A stretch of DNA of 64,000 nt from Candidatus Krumholzibacteriota bacterium. GTDB taxonomy: Bacteria > Krumholzibacteriota > Krumholzibacteriia > JAJRXK01. Below the pieces are notes generated by a model that was not told where the DNA came from, made no database searches, and was given only the letters and a program-made list of their open reading frames with translations. The translations under genes were made by a program, and so were the position numbers. Within the stretch, counting starts at the first letter, position 1. Each line of letters begins with the position of its first letter. The stretch lies in the NCBI GenBank assembly GCA_963764625.1, contig CAVXTH010000009.1, positions 672,001 to 736,000 on the forward strand, given 5' to 3'. Of this stretch, positions 9,307-19,832 are shown piece after piece.

Positions 9307-12102
9307 GTGGATATGGCGTCGCAGGAAACGAAACTCGCAGTCGGGCAGAAGAAGAAGAGCCGGACGGCACGAAAGGGCATCCGGGTGGAGCGCCGCTTCA
9401 CCCAGCCGGGGGTGCATCCCTTCGACACACTGGATTGGGAACTGCGAACCGCGACGATCACCGACGACAAGGGTGAGGTGCTCTTCCAACAGAAAGACGT
9501 GGAGGTGCCGGCGGCGTGGACGCAGTTGGCCACCAACGTCGTGGTCTCCAAGTACTTCCGCGGAACGGTGGGACAGCCCGGACGCGAGAGCAGCGTGCGA
9601 CAGATCATCATGCGCGTGGTGGACACGCTCGTCCGCTGGGGAAGCGAGGGAGGCTACTTTGCGAGCGACGACGATCGCGACGCCTTCCGTGACGACCTCA
9701 CGCACATGCTCGTGTACCAGATGATGAGCTTCAACAGTCCTGTCTGGTTCAACATGGGAGTGGAGACCAAGCCGCAGTGCTCGGCTTGCTTCATCAATTC
9801 GGTGCAGGACAGCATGGACTCGATCATGGAATTGGCCAAGACCGAGGGCATGCTCTTCAAGTGGGGCTCGGGAACCGGGAGCAATCTCTCTCCACTGCGT
9901 TCCTCGCGCGAGTCACTCTCCACCGGAGGGGTGGCTTCGGGTCCGGTGAGCTTCATGAAGGGCTACGATGCCTTCGCCGGCGTCATCAAGAGCGGCGGAA
10001 AGACCCGGCGCAGCGCGAAGATGGTCATCCTCAACGCCGACCATCCTGACATCGTCGATTTCATCAACTGCAAAGTGGAAGAGGAGCGCAAAGCCTGGGC
10101 GCTGATCGATGCCGGCTACGATGGTTCGTTCTCCGGAACCGCCTATAACTCGGTCTACTTCCAAAACGGCAACAACTCGGTGCGGGTCAGCGACAGATTC
10201 ATGCAGGCGGTCGTCGACGATGGTGAGTGGACGACGCACGCAGTGCAGGATGGTCGCGTCATGGACACCTATCGTGCGCGCGATCTCATGCGCATGATCT
10301 CCGAGAGTGCGCATGTCTGCGGTGATCCCGGAATGCAGTACGACACGACGATCAACGACTGGCACACCTGCAAGGGCACCGATCGCATCCACGCCAGTAA
10401 TCCGTGCAGCGAGTACATGTTCCTCAACGATACCGCCTGCAATCTCGCGTCCCTGAATCTGCTGAAATATCGCGACGAGCACGGCGAGTTCAACGTGGAG
10501 GCCTTCGAGCACGCGGTCGATCTGACTATCCTGGCTCAGGAGATCATCGTCGACAACGCGAGCTATCCCAAGCCGATCATCGCCGAGAGGAGCCATCGTT
10601 TCCGCACGCTCGGGCTTGGCTACGCAAACCTGGGTGCTCTCCTCATGAGCCGCGGGATTCCTTACGACAGCGACGAGGGCCGCAACTACGCGGGGGCGAT
10701 CACCGCCATTCTCACCGGCCGGGCCTACCGGCAGAGCGCCGCGATCGCCGGAAGCCTCGGACCCTTCCTTGGCTATGAGGAGAATCGCAAGCCGATGCTC
10801 GGGGTGATCGACAAGCATCGCGCGGCGGTGGACGGCATCGACGCGAGCACGGTACCCGACGAGATGATGCAGGCGGCGCGCGAGTCGTGGCGTCAGGCCT
10901 ACGAGCTGGGCGAGCGTAACGGCTATCGGAACAGTCAGGTCACGGTTCTCGCCCCCACCGGGACGATCGCATTCATGATGGACTGCGACACCACGGGGAT
11001 CGAACCCGACATTGCGCTCGTGAAATACAAGAAGCTGGTGGGCGGCGGCATGCTCAAGATCGTCAACCGCACCGTACCCGAGGCGCTGACGCGCTTGGGA
11101 TACTCCAAGAACGAGAGCAAGGCGATCGTAGCCTACATCGACGAGCACGAAACCATCGAGGGAGCGCCGGGTCTCAAGGACGAGCACCTCACGGTCTTCG
11201 ACTGCGCGTTCAAGGCGGTCAACGGGCAGCGCTCGATTCATCACATGGGCCACGTGCGCATGATGTCGGCGGCACAGCCGTTCCTGTCGGGCGCCATCTC
11301 CAAGACGGTGAATCTCCCCGAGAATTGCACGGTGGAGGACATCACGAACTGCTACCTGGAGGCCTGGAGGCTGGGCCTCAAGGCCATCGCGGTGTACCGC
11401 GACGGTTCCAAACGGCTCCAACCGCTCAATACGGGGCATAAGAAAGCGGTGGTCGAGGCGAAGAAGGTGGAAGAGTCGGCATTTACGCCGCTGCGCCGTC
11501 ACCTTCCCGACGAACGTCCGGCGTTGACCCACAAGTTCTCCATCGGCGGGCACGAGGGCTACATCACGGTCGGACTCTTCGACGACGGTCGGCCCGGCGA
11601 GCTCTTTGTGCGCATGGCGAAGGAGGGTTCGGTCATTTCGGGCCTCATGGATGCCTTCGCCACTGCGGTGAGCATCATGCTTCAGTACGGGGTGCCGCTG
11701 CACGTCATGGTGAACAAGTTCAGTCACAGCCGCTTCGAACCCAGTGGCTTCACCAATAACCCGGAGATCCCACACGCCAAGAGTCTCATGGACTACATCT
11801 TCCGTTGGTTTGCTCTGAAGTTCGAAGGGGGAGACGTTCAGACCCCCGTGGTGCAGCTTCCCGGCATCGATCCCAGCGAACCGCTGCCGTTGCCCGAGCT
11901 CAGTGCGAGCGACACGGGGAATGGAAACGGGAACCGGAGCGAGAAGCGGCGCAGTCACGCGGCCAACGTTCTGGCGAACGAAAAGGTGGTCTTCGAACTG
12001 CAGAGCGACTCGCCGCCGTGTTCAGAGTGCGGATCGGTGATGGTCCGCAACGGTAGCTGTTATCGCTGTATCAACTGCGGTTCGACGAGCGGGTGTAGCT
12101 GA
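9307..12102 (+). CDS. nrdJ: Vitamin B12-dependent class II ribonucleotide reductase with C-terminal TSCPD domain and Zn ribbon
   Basis: FNSPVWFN, QCSACFI, SNPCSEY, APTGTIAF and GAISKTVN motifs. The C-terminus is CSECG...CINCGSTSGCS. The start is GTG 9307 or ATG 9313. Confidence 0.95.
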   Translation: MDMASQETKLAVGQKKKSRTARKGIRVERRFTQPGVHPFDTLDWELRTATITDDKGEVLFQQKDVEVPAAWTQLATNVVVSKYFRGTVGQPGRESSVRQIIMRVVDTLVRWGSEGGYFASDDDRDAFRDDLTHMLVYQMMSFNSPVWFNMGVETKPQCSACFINSVQDSMDSIMELAKTEGMLFKWGSGTGSNLSPLRSSRESLSTGGVASGPVSFMKGYDAFAGVIKSGGKTRRSAKMVILNADHPDIVDFINCKVEEERKAWALIDAGYDGSFSGTAYNSVYFQNGNNSVRVSDRFMQAVVDDGEWTTHAVQDGRVMDTYRARDLMRMISESAHVCGDPGMQYDTTINDWHTCKGTDRIHASNPCSEYMFLNDTACNLASLNLLKYRDEHGEFNVEAFEHAVDLTILAQEIIVDNASYPKPIIAERSHRFRTLGLGYANLGALLMSRGIPYDSDEGRNYAGAITAILTGRAYRQSAAIAGSLGPFLGYEENRKPMLGVIDKHRAAVDGIDASTVPDEMMQAARESWRQAYELGERNGYRNSQVTVLAPTGTIAFMMDCDTTGIEPDIALVKYKKLVGGGMLKIVNRTVPEALTRLGYSKNESKAIVAYIDEHETIEGAPGLKDEHLTVFDCAFKAVNGQRSIHHMGHVRMMSAAQPFLSGAISKTVNLPENCTVEDITNCYLEAWRLGLKAIAVYRDGSKRLQPLNTGHKKAVVEAKKVEESAFTPLRRHLPDERPALTHKFSIGGHEGYITVGLFDDGRPGELFVRMAKEGSVISGLMDAFATAVSIMLQYGVPLHVMVNKFSHSRFEPSGFTNNPEIPHAKSLMDYIFRWFALKFEGGDVQTPVVQLPGIDPSEPLPLPELSASDTGNGNGNRSEKRRSHAANVLANEKVVFELQSDSPPCSECGSVMVRNGSCYRCINCGSTSGCS

Positions 12103-12142
12103 GCGGAAGTCTCGACCTTAACTTGCTCACCGTTATTTCGCC

Positions 12143-12170
12143 AGGGGGGCTCGCATCTCGAGCCCCCTTT
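12143..12170 (+). terminator. Rho-independent terminator after nrdJ
   Basis: Stem GGGGGCTCG-catct-CGAGCCCCC followed by TTTcgacTTTT. Confidence 0.65.
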
Positions 12171-12454
12171 CGACTTTTCCCTGGCAACGGCAATCGAATT
12201 TGTGCCAGGATGGATTCATGCCATGACCTCGGATCCCCCTCCGCCGCACACACGCTCTCGTTGCCGCGGACCTGTCCTGGCTACTCCGGGTATGGAGGGG
12301 TCCCATGCATTCGAACGCAGGTGGGTTCACGACCTGCGCCGCTTTTGATCAGTTCCATCCAGCTGCGCCCCGCACTGCTCCGCCGGTGACCTTTCGATGC
12401 CCGTTGTGAGTCACGGAGTTCGTGCCCAATGAACCCCATTCGAAGGGACATATC

Positions 12455-14011
12455 ATGACAATTGCTACCAGGATCACTCGGGCGTCCTTGATTGGCGCCC
12501 TTCTTCTGCTTTTCGTTCCCCCGCTCGTCTCAGCTCAGGTCATCGATGATTTCGAACAGGGTGCATTTTTTCTGGGCGGAACCACATTTGACAGTGCGAT
12601 CCAGACCGGCCTTCTGTCAGTTCACTGCATTACCACCACCCGGGCCGACCGCATGTACATCAACGGAACCACGAGCGGGGCGGACCTCTCCCTCTTCAAT
12701 GTCGACAATCAGGTCACCACGGTGTGGGGAAACGGCGGGGGACGTCTCGAGTTCGACTATGATCCCACTCTGGTTGATCTCACCTACGCGGGTGCACTCA
12801 ATGCCTTTCGCGTGGACATGCCGACTGCGGTGGCCGCCGGCCAGCTCGAAGTTCTCGTGCGCGACGATACGGGAATCGAGGAATTCACCACCCAATCGAT
12901 CACCGGATCGGGTGTCTATTTCTTTCCGTATTCCGACTATTCCACCGCCGACCTGAGAAATGTCGAGTTCATTCGCCTGAGCCTCGAGGTGCCGGACTTC
13001 GGCGACTATCACATCGCGGACTTTCGTGCCTGGGAATTGCCTGCCAGCGCTTCGGGCGCGGACGTCACGACCGGCGCGATCACCGGGCCGCCGTATCCCA
13101 CGGAAGCACTCCAGATCGCCATGAGTGACATGGATCCCGGCAGTGGCTTGAACGTAGAGACCGAAATACTCGCGCTGTCGTTGCGGGATTTCACCGATAC
13201 CGGGGGGCCAGTAGGGGACGTGGAAATGACCGCCAGCGATTCCGGCGGTGGCATCGGGATGCCGGGCGAGCAGGTGGGGATCGTCATAGTGAATAACCTG
13301 GTGCCAAAGCAGGCCGCGACCCATTATCGCACTCTCGTGCTCAGGGTCCAGGTTCAAGCGATCGGAAATTACGCGCCCGTCCTGGGCATGAGCCCGAAGA
13401 TGATCCATCCGCCGGATCCCGGCCTCAATACAGCCTTTGGCCTTCAATTCAGCTCCTATTCGATGGACCGCGACGGAGCCGCCCAGTTTCGCACGACGCA
13501 CTGGCTCTCCCTGGAGGTCCCTGAAGGATCAGGTCTGAGTTTCTCAAATATCCAGCTACCAGCAGTCCAGATGGGGGACAGCTTCTTCGACATCACCTTC
13601 GACGTAGACACCGATGCGATGTCATCTGTCTTTGCGACCTCCATCTTGGCGGAAGCGGCAGGGGCACCGCTTGTGAGCATGCAGCTCAACGCATCGTCGT
13701 TTAACTACGGTTCAACGACCGGTGTCGGCGCCTGGAGTGGCAATCAGAGCTTCAAAGTCTGGGCCCAGCCCAACGTGATGGGAGAGACCACGCAATTGAG
13801 ACTCAGCCGCGCACTGAACCGTAGGGTTCAGCTCCAGCTTTTCGATCTCGCCGGGCGCGCCGTGCGCACCGTCACCGTGCCGGCGGGCCGGGACTTCGTC
13901 ACCTGGGACGGGCGTGACGACCACGGCAACAGTGTTGCCTCGGGCATGTACATGCTTCGTGCCGGGGCTGGGGTCGAGTCCAAAGCCGCGAAGATCGTGA
14001 AGATACGCTGA
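12455..14011 (+). CDS. Secreted protein of unknown function with C-terminal FlgD-Ig/T9SS-like domain
   Basis: Signal peptide ending VSA-Q. The C-terminus reads QPNV...LFDLAGRAVR...WDGRDDHGNSVASGMY...KIVKIR. Confidence 0.75.
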   Translation: MTIATRITRASLIGALLLLFVPPLVSAQVIDDFEQGAFFLGGTTFDSAIQTGLLSVHCITTTRADRMYINGTTSGADLSLFNVDNQVTTVWGNGGGRLEFDYDPTLVDLTYAGALNAFRVDMPTAVAAGQLEVLVRDDTGIEEFTTQSITGSGVYFFPYSDYSTADLRNVEFIRLSLEVPDFGDYHIADFRAWELPASASGADVTTGAITGPPYPTEALQIAMSDMDPGSGLNVETEILALSLRDFTDTGGPVGDVEMTASDSGGGIGMPGEQVGIVIVNNLVPKQAATHYRTLVLRVQVQAIGNYAPVLGMSPKMIHPPDPGLNTAFGLQFSSYSMDRDGAAQFRTTHWLSLEVPEGSGLSFSNIQLPAVQMGDSFFDITFDVDTDAMSSVFATSILAEAAGAPLVSMQLNASSFNYGSTTGVGAWSGNQSFKVWAQPNVMGETTQLRLSRALNRRVQLQLFDLAGRAVRTVTVPAGRDFVTWDGRDDHGNSVASGMYMLRAGAGVESKAAKIVKIR

Positions 14012-14069
14012 GTTCGGCGTCCAAGAGGGCTCAGGCGAACTTGACGAACCTGGGTACATACGCGATCGA

Positions 14070-14256
14070 ATCGACGACGAAATGGGGAACTGACGCCGCT
14101 ACGGGCCACCGCGTCCCCGCGGTATTTTCCCGTGCGTACCACTGCGCCCCGCAGTCCGCAGGTTTGTGCCCCGCCCACGTCGCTGAGCACGTCGTCGCCT
14201 ACCATGGCGATGCGATCGAGCGAGGCGTCCTTCAGCCTCAGCGCAGGGCGTCTCAT
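14070..14256 (-). pseudogene. C-terminal remnant of a HAD-IIA hydrolase (LHPP/HDHD2-like)
   Basis: The minus-strand frame reads IAMVGDDVLSDVGGAQTCGLRGAVVRTGKYR (HAD motif IV region). There is no room for an N-terminal DxD domain. Boundaries are approximate. Confidence 0.65.
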
Positions 14257-14348
14257 GAGATGCCTTCATCGGGAAGTTCACCTATCCTCGTCTGCGGGTT
14301 CCTCGACCCTTTGCCTCCCAGCGAACAGAATCCCGAGGAGTTGATCTC

Positions 14349-15872
14349 ATGAAGACGCCGTTCCTGGCCGGAAGCGTAGCTCTGCTCGTCCTCCTCGCCG
14401 CGTTCTCAGTTCTGTGGCCACCGATCCTCTATGGTCTGATTCTCCTCGGCCCCGCCATCTTGATTGGTCTGTACGACGTCTTCCAGGAAAAGCACACCAT
14501 TCTGCGCAATTTCCCCTTCATAGGGCACTTTCGCTATCTCCTGGAGTCCATCGGCCCCGAATTGCATCAGTATTTCGTGGAGGACGGAACCGACGGGAAA
14601 CCCATCGATCGCAACCACCGGGCTTATGTCTACGAGCGAGCCAAGCGGGTGCAACAGACCCATCCCTTCGGCACCGAGCTCGACGTGTATCGCTCGGGCT
14701 ACGAGTGGATGTACCACTCGATCTATCCCGCCGCCCGCATGAACGAAGCGCCCCGCGTCACGATCGGCGGCTCCGCGTGCCGGCAACCCTACTCCGCCAG
14801 CATCTTCAACATCTCGGCCATGAGCTTCGGCGCGCTGAGTTCGAATGCGGTGACCGCGCTCAATCTCGCTGCCCGCGAAGGGCAGTTCTTCCACGACACC
14901 GGAGAGGGCGGAATCTCTCCCTATCATCTTCAAGGGGGCGACCTGGTATATGAAATCGGCACCGGCTACTTCGGTTGCCGCAACCCGGACGGCAGTTTTT
15001 TCCTGGAACGCTTCAAAGAGCAAGCGGCCCGTACGCAGGTCAAGATGATCGAAATCAAACTCTCCCAAGGGGCCAAGCCCGGCCACGGGGGAGTGCTTCC
15101 CGCCGCGAAGAACAACCGGGAGATCGCCGACATTCGCGGCCTGCATCCGCACACGATCGTCATCTCTCCGCCGGCGCACACCGCGTTCTCCGACGCGCGG
15201 GGGCTGCTCGAGTTCATACAGCTCCTGAGGGAGGCCTCCGAAGGCAAGCCGATCGGGTTCAAACTCTGCGTGGGAAACCGCGCCGAATTTCGCGCGATCT
15301 GCGAGGAGATGGTCACCACCGGTATCAAGCCCGATTTCATTACGGTGGATGGCGCGGAGGGTGGCACCGGCGCCGCGCCGATCGACTTCTCCAACTATGT
15401 GGGCATGCCGATGGAGGAGGGGCTGATCTGCGTCTGCGATCTCCTGTGCGGCTTCGACTTGAAGAAGGACATTCGCGTTCTGGTCGCGTCCAAGATCATC
15501 ACCGCCTTCGACGTGTTCCGCGCCATCTGTCTGGGGGCGGACCTGTGCAACTCGGCCCGGGGCATGATGCTGGCGCTCGGATGTATTCAGGCCCTGAAGT
15601 GCCACACCAACCGCTGTCCCAGCGGCGTCGCCACCAATGACCCCCGGCTGCGGCGCGGGCTCGTGGTGAAGGACAAGTGGGTTCGGGTGAAGAACTACCA
15701 TGACGCGGTGGTGGACGAGTTCCTCGATCTGGTGGTGGCGGCAGGGGTCAGTGATTTGGCCCAGCTCGGCCGCGACCGTATCTACAAGCGCATCAGCAGC
15801 CGCGAGATCAAGTCCTTTGGCGAGCTCTACCCCGAGATCGAGCCCGGATCGCTCCTCCCCTCATCCTCCTGA
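14349..15872 (+). CDS. FMN-binding glutamate synthase family protein (stand-alone GltB FMN domain with N-terminal membrane anchor)
   Basis: ISAMSFGALS, DTGEGG, EIKLSQGAKPGHGG, DGAEGGTGAAP and GCIQALKCHTNRCPSGVAT motifs. Confidence 0.9.
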   Translation: MKTPFLAGSVALLVLLAAFSVLWPPILYGLILLGPAILIGLYDVFQEKHTILRNFPFIGHFRYLLESIGPELHQYFVEDGTDGKPIDRNHRAYVYERAKRVQQTHPFGTELDVYRSGYEWMYHSIYPAARMNEAPRVTIGGSACRQPYSASIFNISAMSFGALSSNAVTALNLAAREGQFFHDTGEGGISPYHLQGGDLVYEIGTGYFGCRNPDGSFFLERFKEQAARTQVKMIEIKLSQGAKPGHGGVLPAAKNNREIADIRGLHPHTIVISPPAHTAFSDARGLLEFIQLLREASEGKPIGFKLCVGNRAEFRAICEEMVTTGIKPDFITVDGAEGGTGAAPIDFSNYVGMPMEEGLICVCDLLCGFDLKKDIRVLVASKIITAFDVFRAICLGADLCNSARGMMLALGCIQALKCHTNRCPSGVATNDPRLRRGLVVKDKWVRVKNYHDAVVDEFLDLVVAAGVSDLAQLGRDRIYKRISSREIKSFGELYPEIEPGSLLPSSS

Positions 15873-15885
15873 AGGAACCGCGCCG

Positions 15886-15918
15886 TCTTCATCGAATCCT
15901 CACACTTTCCTCACACTG
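15886..15918 (+). promoter_or_regulatory. Pho-box-like direct repeats upstream of pstS
   Basis: TCAT (15889), TCAC (15900) and TCAC (15911) recur with exact 11-bp periodicity (cttcatcgaat/cctcacacttt/cctcacactgc), about 95 bp before pstS. Confidence 0.65.
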
Positions 15919-16011
15919 CCCGCTGTCTTCCCTGCTTATATCAGTCTTGGTCGGTTCCAGAAGGCGAAGCCATTCGGAGCTTCATCAGGCACATCAAGGG
16001 GAGAGAAGCCA

Positions 16012-17025
16012 ATGAAGAAGACCTTGCTCTTGGCGCTGTGCGCTATCTGCATGGTGCTCATGCAGGACAGTGCACGGGCGCAAATGCTCATCAACGGGGC
16101 GGGGGCGACTTTCCCCTATCCGCTGTATGCCAAGTGGTTCCACGAGTACGCCAAGATCGATCCCTCGGTGCGCTTCAACTATCAGTCCATCGGTTCCGGT
16201 GGTGGCCAGAAGCAGATCCTGGCCGAGACGGTCGACTTTGGAGCGTCGGATGGGCCGATGAGCGACGAAAACCTGGGGAAGGCGCCGCGCAAGCTGCTGC
16301 ACATTCCCACCGTCGGGGGCGCGGTGGCTCTGAGCTACAACCTTCCCGGCAATCCCGCGCTAAAATTGGACGGTCCCACGGTGGTCGATCTCTTCATGGG
16401 GAAGATCACCAAGTGGAACGATCCCAAGATTGCCGCGCAGAACCCCGGCGTGACTCTGCCCAAGATGGACGTCATCGTGGTGCATCGCAGTGACGGCAGC
16501 GGCACTTCCTTCATCTTCACCGATTACCTCTCCTCGGTGAGTAGCGAGTGGGCTGAGAAAGTCGGGAAGAACACCTCGGTGAACTGGCCGACTGGACTGG
16601 GAGGCAAGGGAAACGAGGGAGTAGCCGGTCAGATCAAGCAGTTGCCCGGTGCCTTCGGCTACGTGGAGCTGGCCTACACCATTCAGAACAAACTCGCCTA
16701 CGCACAACTGAAGAACGCGGCCGGCAACTACATCACTCCCACCTTGGAGTCGGTCACCGAGGCCTTCGCCACGGCCGAGATCCCGGAAGATTTTCGTTTC
16801 TCCATGGTCAACTCTCCCGGTGAGAAGGCCTACCCGATCGCGGGCTGCACCTGGCTGCTGGTATACGAGCAACAGAAGGACGCGGCCAAGGGCAAGAAGC
16901 TCGTCGACTTCTTGAACTGGGCGGAGACCGAAGGAGAGAGTATGGCAAAGTCGCTCGACTACGCTCCCCTGCCGAAGAACCTGCAGGAGCGCGTTTTGAA
17001 ACGAATCAAGACCATCCAGTTTTGA
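16012..17025 (+). CDS. pstS: Phosphate ABC transporter substrate-binding protein
   Basis: GAGATFPYPLY, YQSIGSGGG, DFGASD and HRSDGSGTS motifs. Signal peptide present; ATG 16012 follows a GGAGAG RBS. Confidence 0.96.
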   Translation: MKKTLLLALCAICMVLMQDSARAQMLINGAGATFPYPLYAKWFHEYAKIDPSVRFNYQSIGSGGGQKQILAETVDFGASDGPMSDENLGKAPRKLLHIPTVGGAVALSYNLPGNPALKLDGPTVVDLFMGKITKWNDPKIAAQNPGVTLPKMDVIVVHRSDGSGTSFIFTDYLSSVSSEWAEKVGKNTSVNWPTGLGGKGNEGVAGQIKQLPGAFGYVELAYTIQNKLAYAQLKNAAGNYITPTLESVTEAFATAEIPEDFRFSMVNSPGEKAYPIAGCTWLLVYEQQKDAAKGKKLVDFLNWAETEGESMAKSLDYAPLPKNLQERVLKRIKTIQF

Positions 17026-17993
17026 GTGACTTGACTGCGCACGCGCCAACGCCCTCGAGACCCCTGACGGGCGGTCGCCATTTCGGCGACCGCACCTTCC
17101 TGTGGCTCACGCTCCTCATGGCCCTGTCCGTCTTCGCTTTGATCGGACTGATCGGCTTTGAGTTGGCGAGCGGATCGGGGTTGGCGCTGCGCAAATTTAG
17201 CTGGGGCTTTCTCGTCTCTGCGAGCTGGGATCCGGTGGCCGAGCACTTCGGCGCGCTGCCGTTCATCTTCGGCACTCTGGTGTCTTCGGCGATCGCTCTG
17301 ATCATTGCGGTGCCGCTCAGCATCGCGACCGCGGTTTTTCTCACCGAGATGGCCCCGCTGTGGTTGCGGCAACCGCTGACGATGCTGATCGAGCTGCTCG
17401 CCGCCATTCCGAGCGTGATTCTCGGCCTGTGGGGCATCTTCGTGATGGTTCCCTGGTTGCGAATCCATCTGTTCCCGTTCTTGCGCGATACGCTGGGCTT
17501 CTTGCCTCTGTTTCAGGGGCCGATCTACGGGATCAGCATGCTGGCCGGCGGGATCATCGTCGCCATCATGATCATCCCGATCATCACCTCGGTATCGCGC
17601 GAGATCCTGCGCTCGGTTCCCGGGCTTCAACGCGAGGCGGCGTACGCCCTGGGGGCGACGCACTGGGAAGTCACGCGGATCGCGGTTCTGAGATTCGCCA
17701 AGAAGGGTCTGTTTGGCGCCGTCATCCTGGGACTCGGGAGGGCTCTGGGGGAGACGATGGCGGTGACGATGGTCATCGGAAACCGCCCCGAGATCACCGC
17801 TTCCCTTTTGGCGCCCGGATACACCCTAGCCAGCGTCATCGCGAACGAATTCACCGAGGCCACGAGCGATCTCTATCTTTCCTCTCTATTCGAGTTGGGT
17901 CTCGTCCTCCTCGGGGTGACGATCCTGACCAACATCCTCGCGCAGATTCTACTGAAGACTCTGGCCGGACCGGGGGTGAAGCACAGACAATGA
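17022..17993 (+). CDS. pstC: Phosphate ABC transporter permease PstC
   Basis: ELLAAIPSVILGLWG, EAAYALGATHWE and GRALGETMAVTM motifs. Confidence 0.95.
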   Translation: MSDLTAHAPTPSRPLTGGRHFGDRTFLWLTLLMALSVFALIGLIGFELASGSGLALRKFSWGFLVSASWDPVAEHFGALPFIFGTLVSSAIALIIAVPLSIATAVFLTEMAPLWLRQPLTMLIELLAAIPSVILGLWGIFVMVPWLRIHLFPFLRDTLGFLPLFQGPIYGISMLAGGIIVAIMIIPIITSVSREILRSVPGLQREAAYALGATHWEVTRIAVLRFAKKGLFGAVILGLGRALGETMAVTMVIGNRPEITASLLAPGYTLASVIANEFTEATSDLYLSSLFELGLVLLGVTILTNILAQILLKTLAGPGVKHRQ

Positions 17994-18850
17994 CGCCGGA
18001 TCAGGTCCACCACCGTCGCCGCAACGCCATCAACGCCCTGATGCGAGCCCTCTCGCTTCTGTGCGCGCTCTTGGTGGTTACGCCGCTGCTCTTGGTCTTC
18101 TACCATCTGCTCAGCCAGGGCTTGGGCGCTATCAACTGGGATTTCTTCACCCAATTGCCCAAACCGGTGGGAGAGCCCGGCGGTGGGATGGCGAACGCCA
18201 TTGCCGGGACCTTCATTCTCATCGGCTTGGCAGCACTCATGGGGGTGCCGGTGGGAGTTCTCGGCGGCATCTATCTGTCCGAATACGGAAGCTCGCGAGT
18301 GAATTGGTGGATTCGCTTTGCGGCCGACGTCATCAACGGCGTACCCTCCATCGTGTGGGGAATGGTGGTTTGGGCCATCGTAGTGGTTCCGATGAAGGGC
18401 TTTTCGACACTGGCCGGCGGGATCGTGCTGGGCTTGATGATGATTCCCTTGATCATGCGCACGACCGAGGAGGTCCTGCAGCTCGTGCCCAATGGATACC
18501 GGGAAGCTGCACTCGCGCTGGGAATCACGCAATGGCGTGTCACCGTGCGCATCGTGGTGCGCACCGCACTCAAGGGAATCGTGACCGGGGGGCTCTTGGC
18601 GTTGGCGCGAGTGGCGGGGGAGACGGCGCCGCTGCTGTTCACCGCATTCGGAAACCAATTCTGGACCCACAGGATCACCGATCCCATCGCGGCGATGCCC
18701 TTGCAAATCTTCGCCTATGCCATTTCCCCCTACGACGATTGGCACCGGCAGGCTTGGGCGGGTGCGTTGGTGCTGCTACTCTTCGTATTCTTGATCAACA
18801 TTGGAGTTCGCGTGCTCACGCGCGATCGACTCCGTTCGAAACCGGTTTGA
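17990..18850 (+). CDS. pstA: Phosphate ABC transporter permease PstA
   Basis: GVPSIVWG, REAALALG and ARVAGETAPLLFT motifs. ATG 17990 overlaps the pstC stop. Confidence 0.95.
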   Translation: MTPDQVHHRRRNAINALMRALSLLCALLVVTPLLLVFYHLLSQGLGAINWDFFTQLPKPVGEPGGGMANAIAGTFILIGLAALMGVPVGVLGGIYLSEYGSSRVNWWIRFAADVINGVPSIVWGMVVWAIVVVPMKGFSTLAGGIVLGLMMIPLIMRTTEEVLQLVPNGYREAALALGITQWRVTVRIVVRTALKGIVTGGLLALARVAGETAPLLFTAFGNQFWTHRITDPIAAMPLQIFAYAISPYDDWHRQAWAGALVLLLFVFLINIGVRVLTRDRLRSKPV

Positions 18851-18856
18851 GTCATC

Positions 18857-19717
18857 ATGGAGACCACGGACAACACCGCGAAGAAGATGACGGCGATCCC
18901 CACCCCGGTCGACGCCATCCAGAGGGCCGCGCAAGGACCTCGAGCCCGCGAAGTGACGCCGGAGCCCGCCGTGATCGTGCGTGATCTCTCGGTCTATTTC
19001 GGCTCGAACCAGGCGGTGAGGAGCATCTCTCTGGACATCGCCGCCCGTTCGGTCACCGCCATCATCGGACCCAGCGGCTGCGGGAAATCCACTTTCCTGC
19101 GCGCGCTCAACCGCATGCACGAACTGGTTCCTCACGCGCGGGTGACCGGCGAGATCCGTCTGTTCGGAGAGAACATCTACGCCAGTAACATCGAGCCCGT
19201 CATGGTTCGCAGGCGCGTGGGTATGGTATTTCAGAAGTCCAATCCCTTCCCGACCATGTCCATCGCGGACAACGTCACCGTGGGTCTACGCCTGAATGGA
19301 ATCCGAGATCGTTCGGTTCTGGAAGAGCGGGCCGCAACTTCCCTGCAGATGGCGGCGTTGTGGGACGAGGTCAAGGATCGTCTGAATGCCCCGGCGATCA
19401 GCCTCTCGGGAGGCCAGCAGCAGCGTCTATGCATCGCGCGCTGCATCGCGGTCAATCCCGATGTCATCCTCATGGACGAACCCTGCTCGGCGCTCGATCC
19501 ACGCTCCACGGCCCGGGTGGAGGAGCTGATCCTCGAGTTGCAGCAGCGTTATACGATCATCATCGTCACCCACAACATGCAGCAGGCTTCGCGTGTATCC
19601 GATACGACGGCCTTCTTCTACGAAGGCAGCCTCATCGAAATGGATGAAACCCCGAGGATGTTCACCAAGCCGTCGATCAAGCGCACCGAAGATTACATTA
19701 CCGGACGGTTCGGCTGA
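18857..19717 (+). CDS. pstB: Phosphate ABC transporter ATP-binding protein
   Basis: [22 protein letters not shown] and DEPCSALDP motifs; C-terminal [10 protein letters not shown]. Confidence 0.96.
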   Translation: METTDNTAKKMTAIPTPVDAIQRAAQGPRAREVTPEPAVIVRDLSVYFGSNQAVRSISLDIAARSVTAIIGPSGCGKSTFLRALNRMHELVPHARVTGEIRLFGENIYASNIEPVMVRRRVGMVFQKSNPFPTMSIADNVTVGLRLNGIRDRSVLEERAATSLQMAALWDEVKDRLNAPAISLSGGQQQRLCIARCIAVNPDVILMDEPCSALDPRSTARVEELILELQQRYTIIIVTHNMQQASRVSDTTAFFYEGSLIEMDETPRMFTKPSIKRTEDYITGRFG

Positions 19718-19832
19718 TTCGCGCCCGCGAATTCTACTGCGTGAAAAGAAAATGTTTGCCACAATGAGAGCCCTCTTGCCACTCTCCGGCTCTGGCGAGA
19801 ACTTCTCGATCTTCACTCAGCGGTTGGACGGC

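Noticed and set aside
2260-12419. Near-identical 14-mers GTGAATCACGGAGT (2260-2273) and GTGAGTCACGGAGT (12406-12419) next to two FlgD-tag genes
   Set aside because: A 13/14 match is expected many times by chance in 64 kb. One copy is downstream and the other upstream of its gene, and I saw no third copy.
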